Below, piece by piece: positions 25,090 to 25,490 of a DNA stretch of 25,490 nt. Numbering within the stretch: position 1 is the first letter of the stretch; every line of letters starts with the position of its first letter. The notes under the pieces are model-generated. The model saw nothing but the letters and a program-made list of their open reading frames with translations, made no database searches and was not told the origin of the DNA. The position numbers and the translations under genes are program-made. The DNA is from Bdellovibrionota bacterium FG-2 (lineage in GTDB: Bacteria > Bdellovibrionota > UBA1018). Location: contig JBBCAV010000142.1 in assembly GCA_051382305.1 (NCBI GenBank), positions 1 through 25,490 on the forward strand, written 5' to 3'.

Positions 25090-25490
25090 ATGAAACGTTT
25101 CGCATCGATCTCGCTTCTCGCAGGTGCCCTTGCTTTTGTGCTGAGTAACTCAGCGGCGTTGGCATTTGCTGATAACGATTTGCCAGGCTCTAAGGCAGGC
25201 ATTAATGCTGTCACCTATAACGGTGATGGCGATGGCGCCGGTCAAAAACCAGGACAGAAGCCCGGTCAAAAACCAGGACAGAAGCCCGGTCAAAAACCAG
25301 GACAGAAGCCCGGCCAAAAACCAGGACAGAAGCCCGGCCAAAAACCAGGACAGAAGCCCGGTCAAAAACCAGGACAGAAGCCCGGCCAAAAACCAGGACA
25401 GAAGCCCGGTCAAAAACCAGGACAGAAGCCCGGCCAAAAACCAGGACAGAAGCCCGGCCAAAAACCAGGACAGAAGCCCGGCCAAAAACC
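25090..25490 (+). CDS. Secreted (GQKP)n repeat protein, 3' end outside the window
   Basis: Absent from the ORF track because it has no stop. AGGAGG RBS at 25077; MKRFASISLLAGALAFVLSNSAALA signal, then FADNDLPGSKAGINAVTYNGDGDGA and GQKP repeats from 25240. Confidence 0.85.
   Translation, partial: MKRFASISLLAGALAFVLSNSAALAFADNDLPGSKAGINAVTYNGDGDGAGQKPGQKPGQKPGQKPGQKPGQKPGQKPGQKPGQKPGQKPGQKPGQKPGQKPGQKPGQKPGQKPGQKPGQKPGQKPGQKPGQK
25240..25490 (+). repeat. 24-bp tandem repeat GGYCAAAAACCAGGACAGAAGCCC (two GQKP units), 10 full copies plus a partial one
   Basis: Read directly; the only variation is synonymous GGT/GGC, in the order T,T,T,C,C,T,C,T,C,C,C. Confidence 0.98.

Noticed and set aside
497-25214. 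Many 60-160 aa ORFs overlapping the main genes
   Set aside because: They lie antisense or out of frame within well-supported CDSs and have no recognisable motifs.
25150-25485. Minus-strand ORF (GLLSWFLA)n as a membrane protein
   Set aside because: Antisense shadow of the repeat. The plus frame has an RBS, signal peptide and sigma54 promoter, and the T/C variation is synonymous only on plus.
25240-25490. CRISPR array
   Set aside because: The units are contiguous with no unique spacers and are in frame within a signal-peptide ORF; no cas genes.

Overview
Bacterial chromosomal window, probably a whole contig: it ends inside a tandem repeat and begins in a structured non-coding stretch. Recognisable genes: a GcvT-family FAD oxidoreductase (dimethylglycine/sarcosine dehydrogenase-like) interrupted by one in-frame TAG, rlmN, ettA, a DUF2804-like protein, clpS-clpA, a trehalose-6-phosphate synthase (otsA), a Doc-type Fic protein, an AAA_14/DUF4143-like ATPase-nuclease, and a toxin-first DUF4258-like/MqsA-like toxin-antitoxin pair. 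Between them lie many secreted proteins and lipoproteins without an obvious name (HEAT-repeat protein, kinase-like protein, Cys-rich HExxH metallopeptidase, outer-membrane beta-barrel plus EF-hand lipoprotein, GQKP-repeat protein). This content suggests Bdellovibrionota/Oligoflexia, which is an inference only. Most interesting signals: (1) three sigma54-type promoters, two of them back-to-back, in front of otsA and two secreted proteins, one a (GQKP)n repeat protein, a candidate dormancy/coat module; (2) a coupled beta-barrel plus EF-hand lipoprotein pair; (3) a three-way-junction RNA-like fold at the left edge; (4) paired palindromic operators over the promoters of both the TA pair and the DUF4143-like ATPase. 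All family calls come from motif reading; no database search was run.
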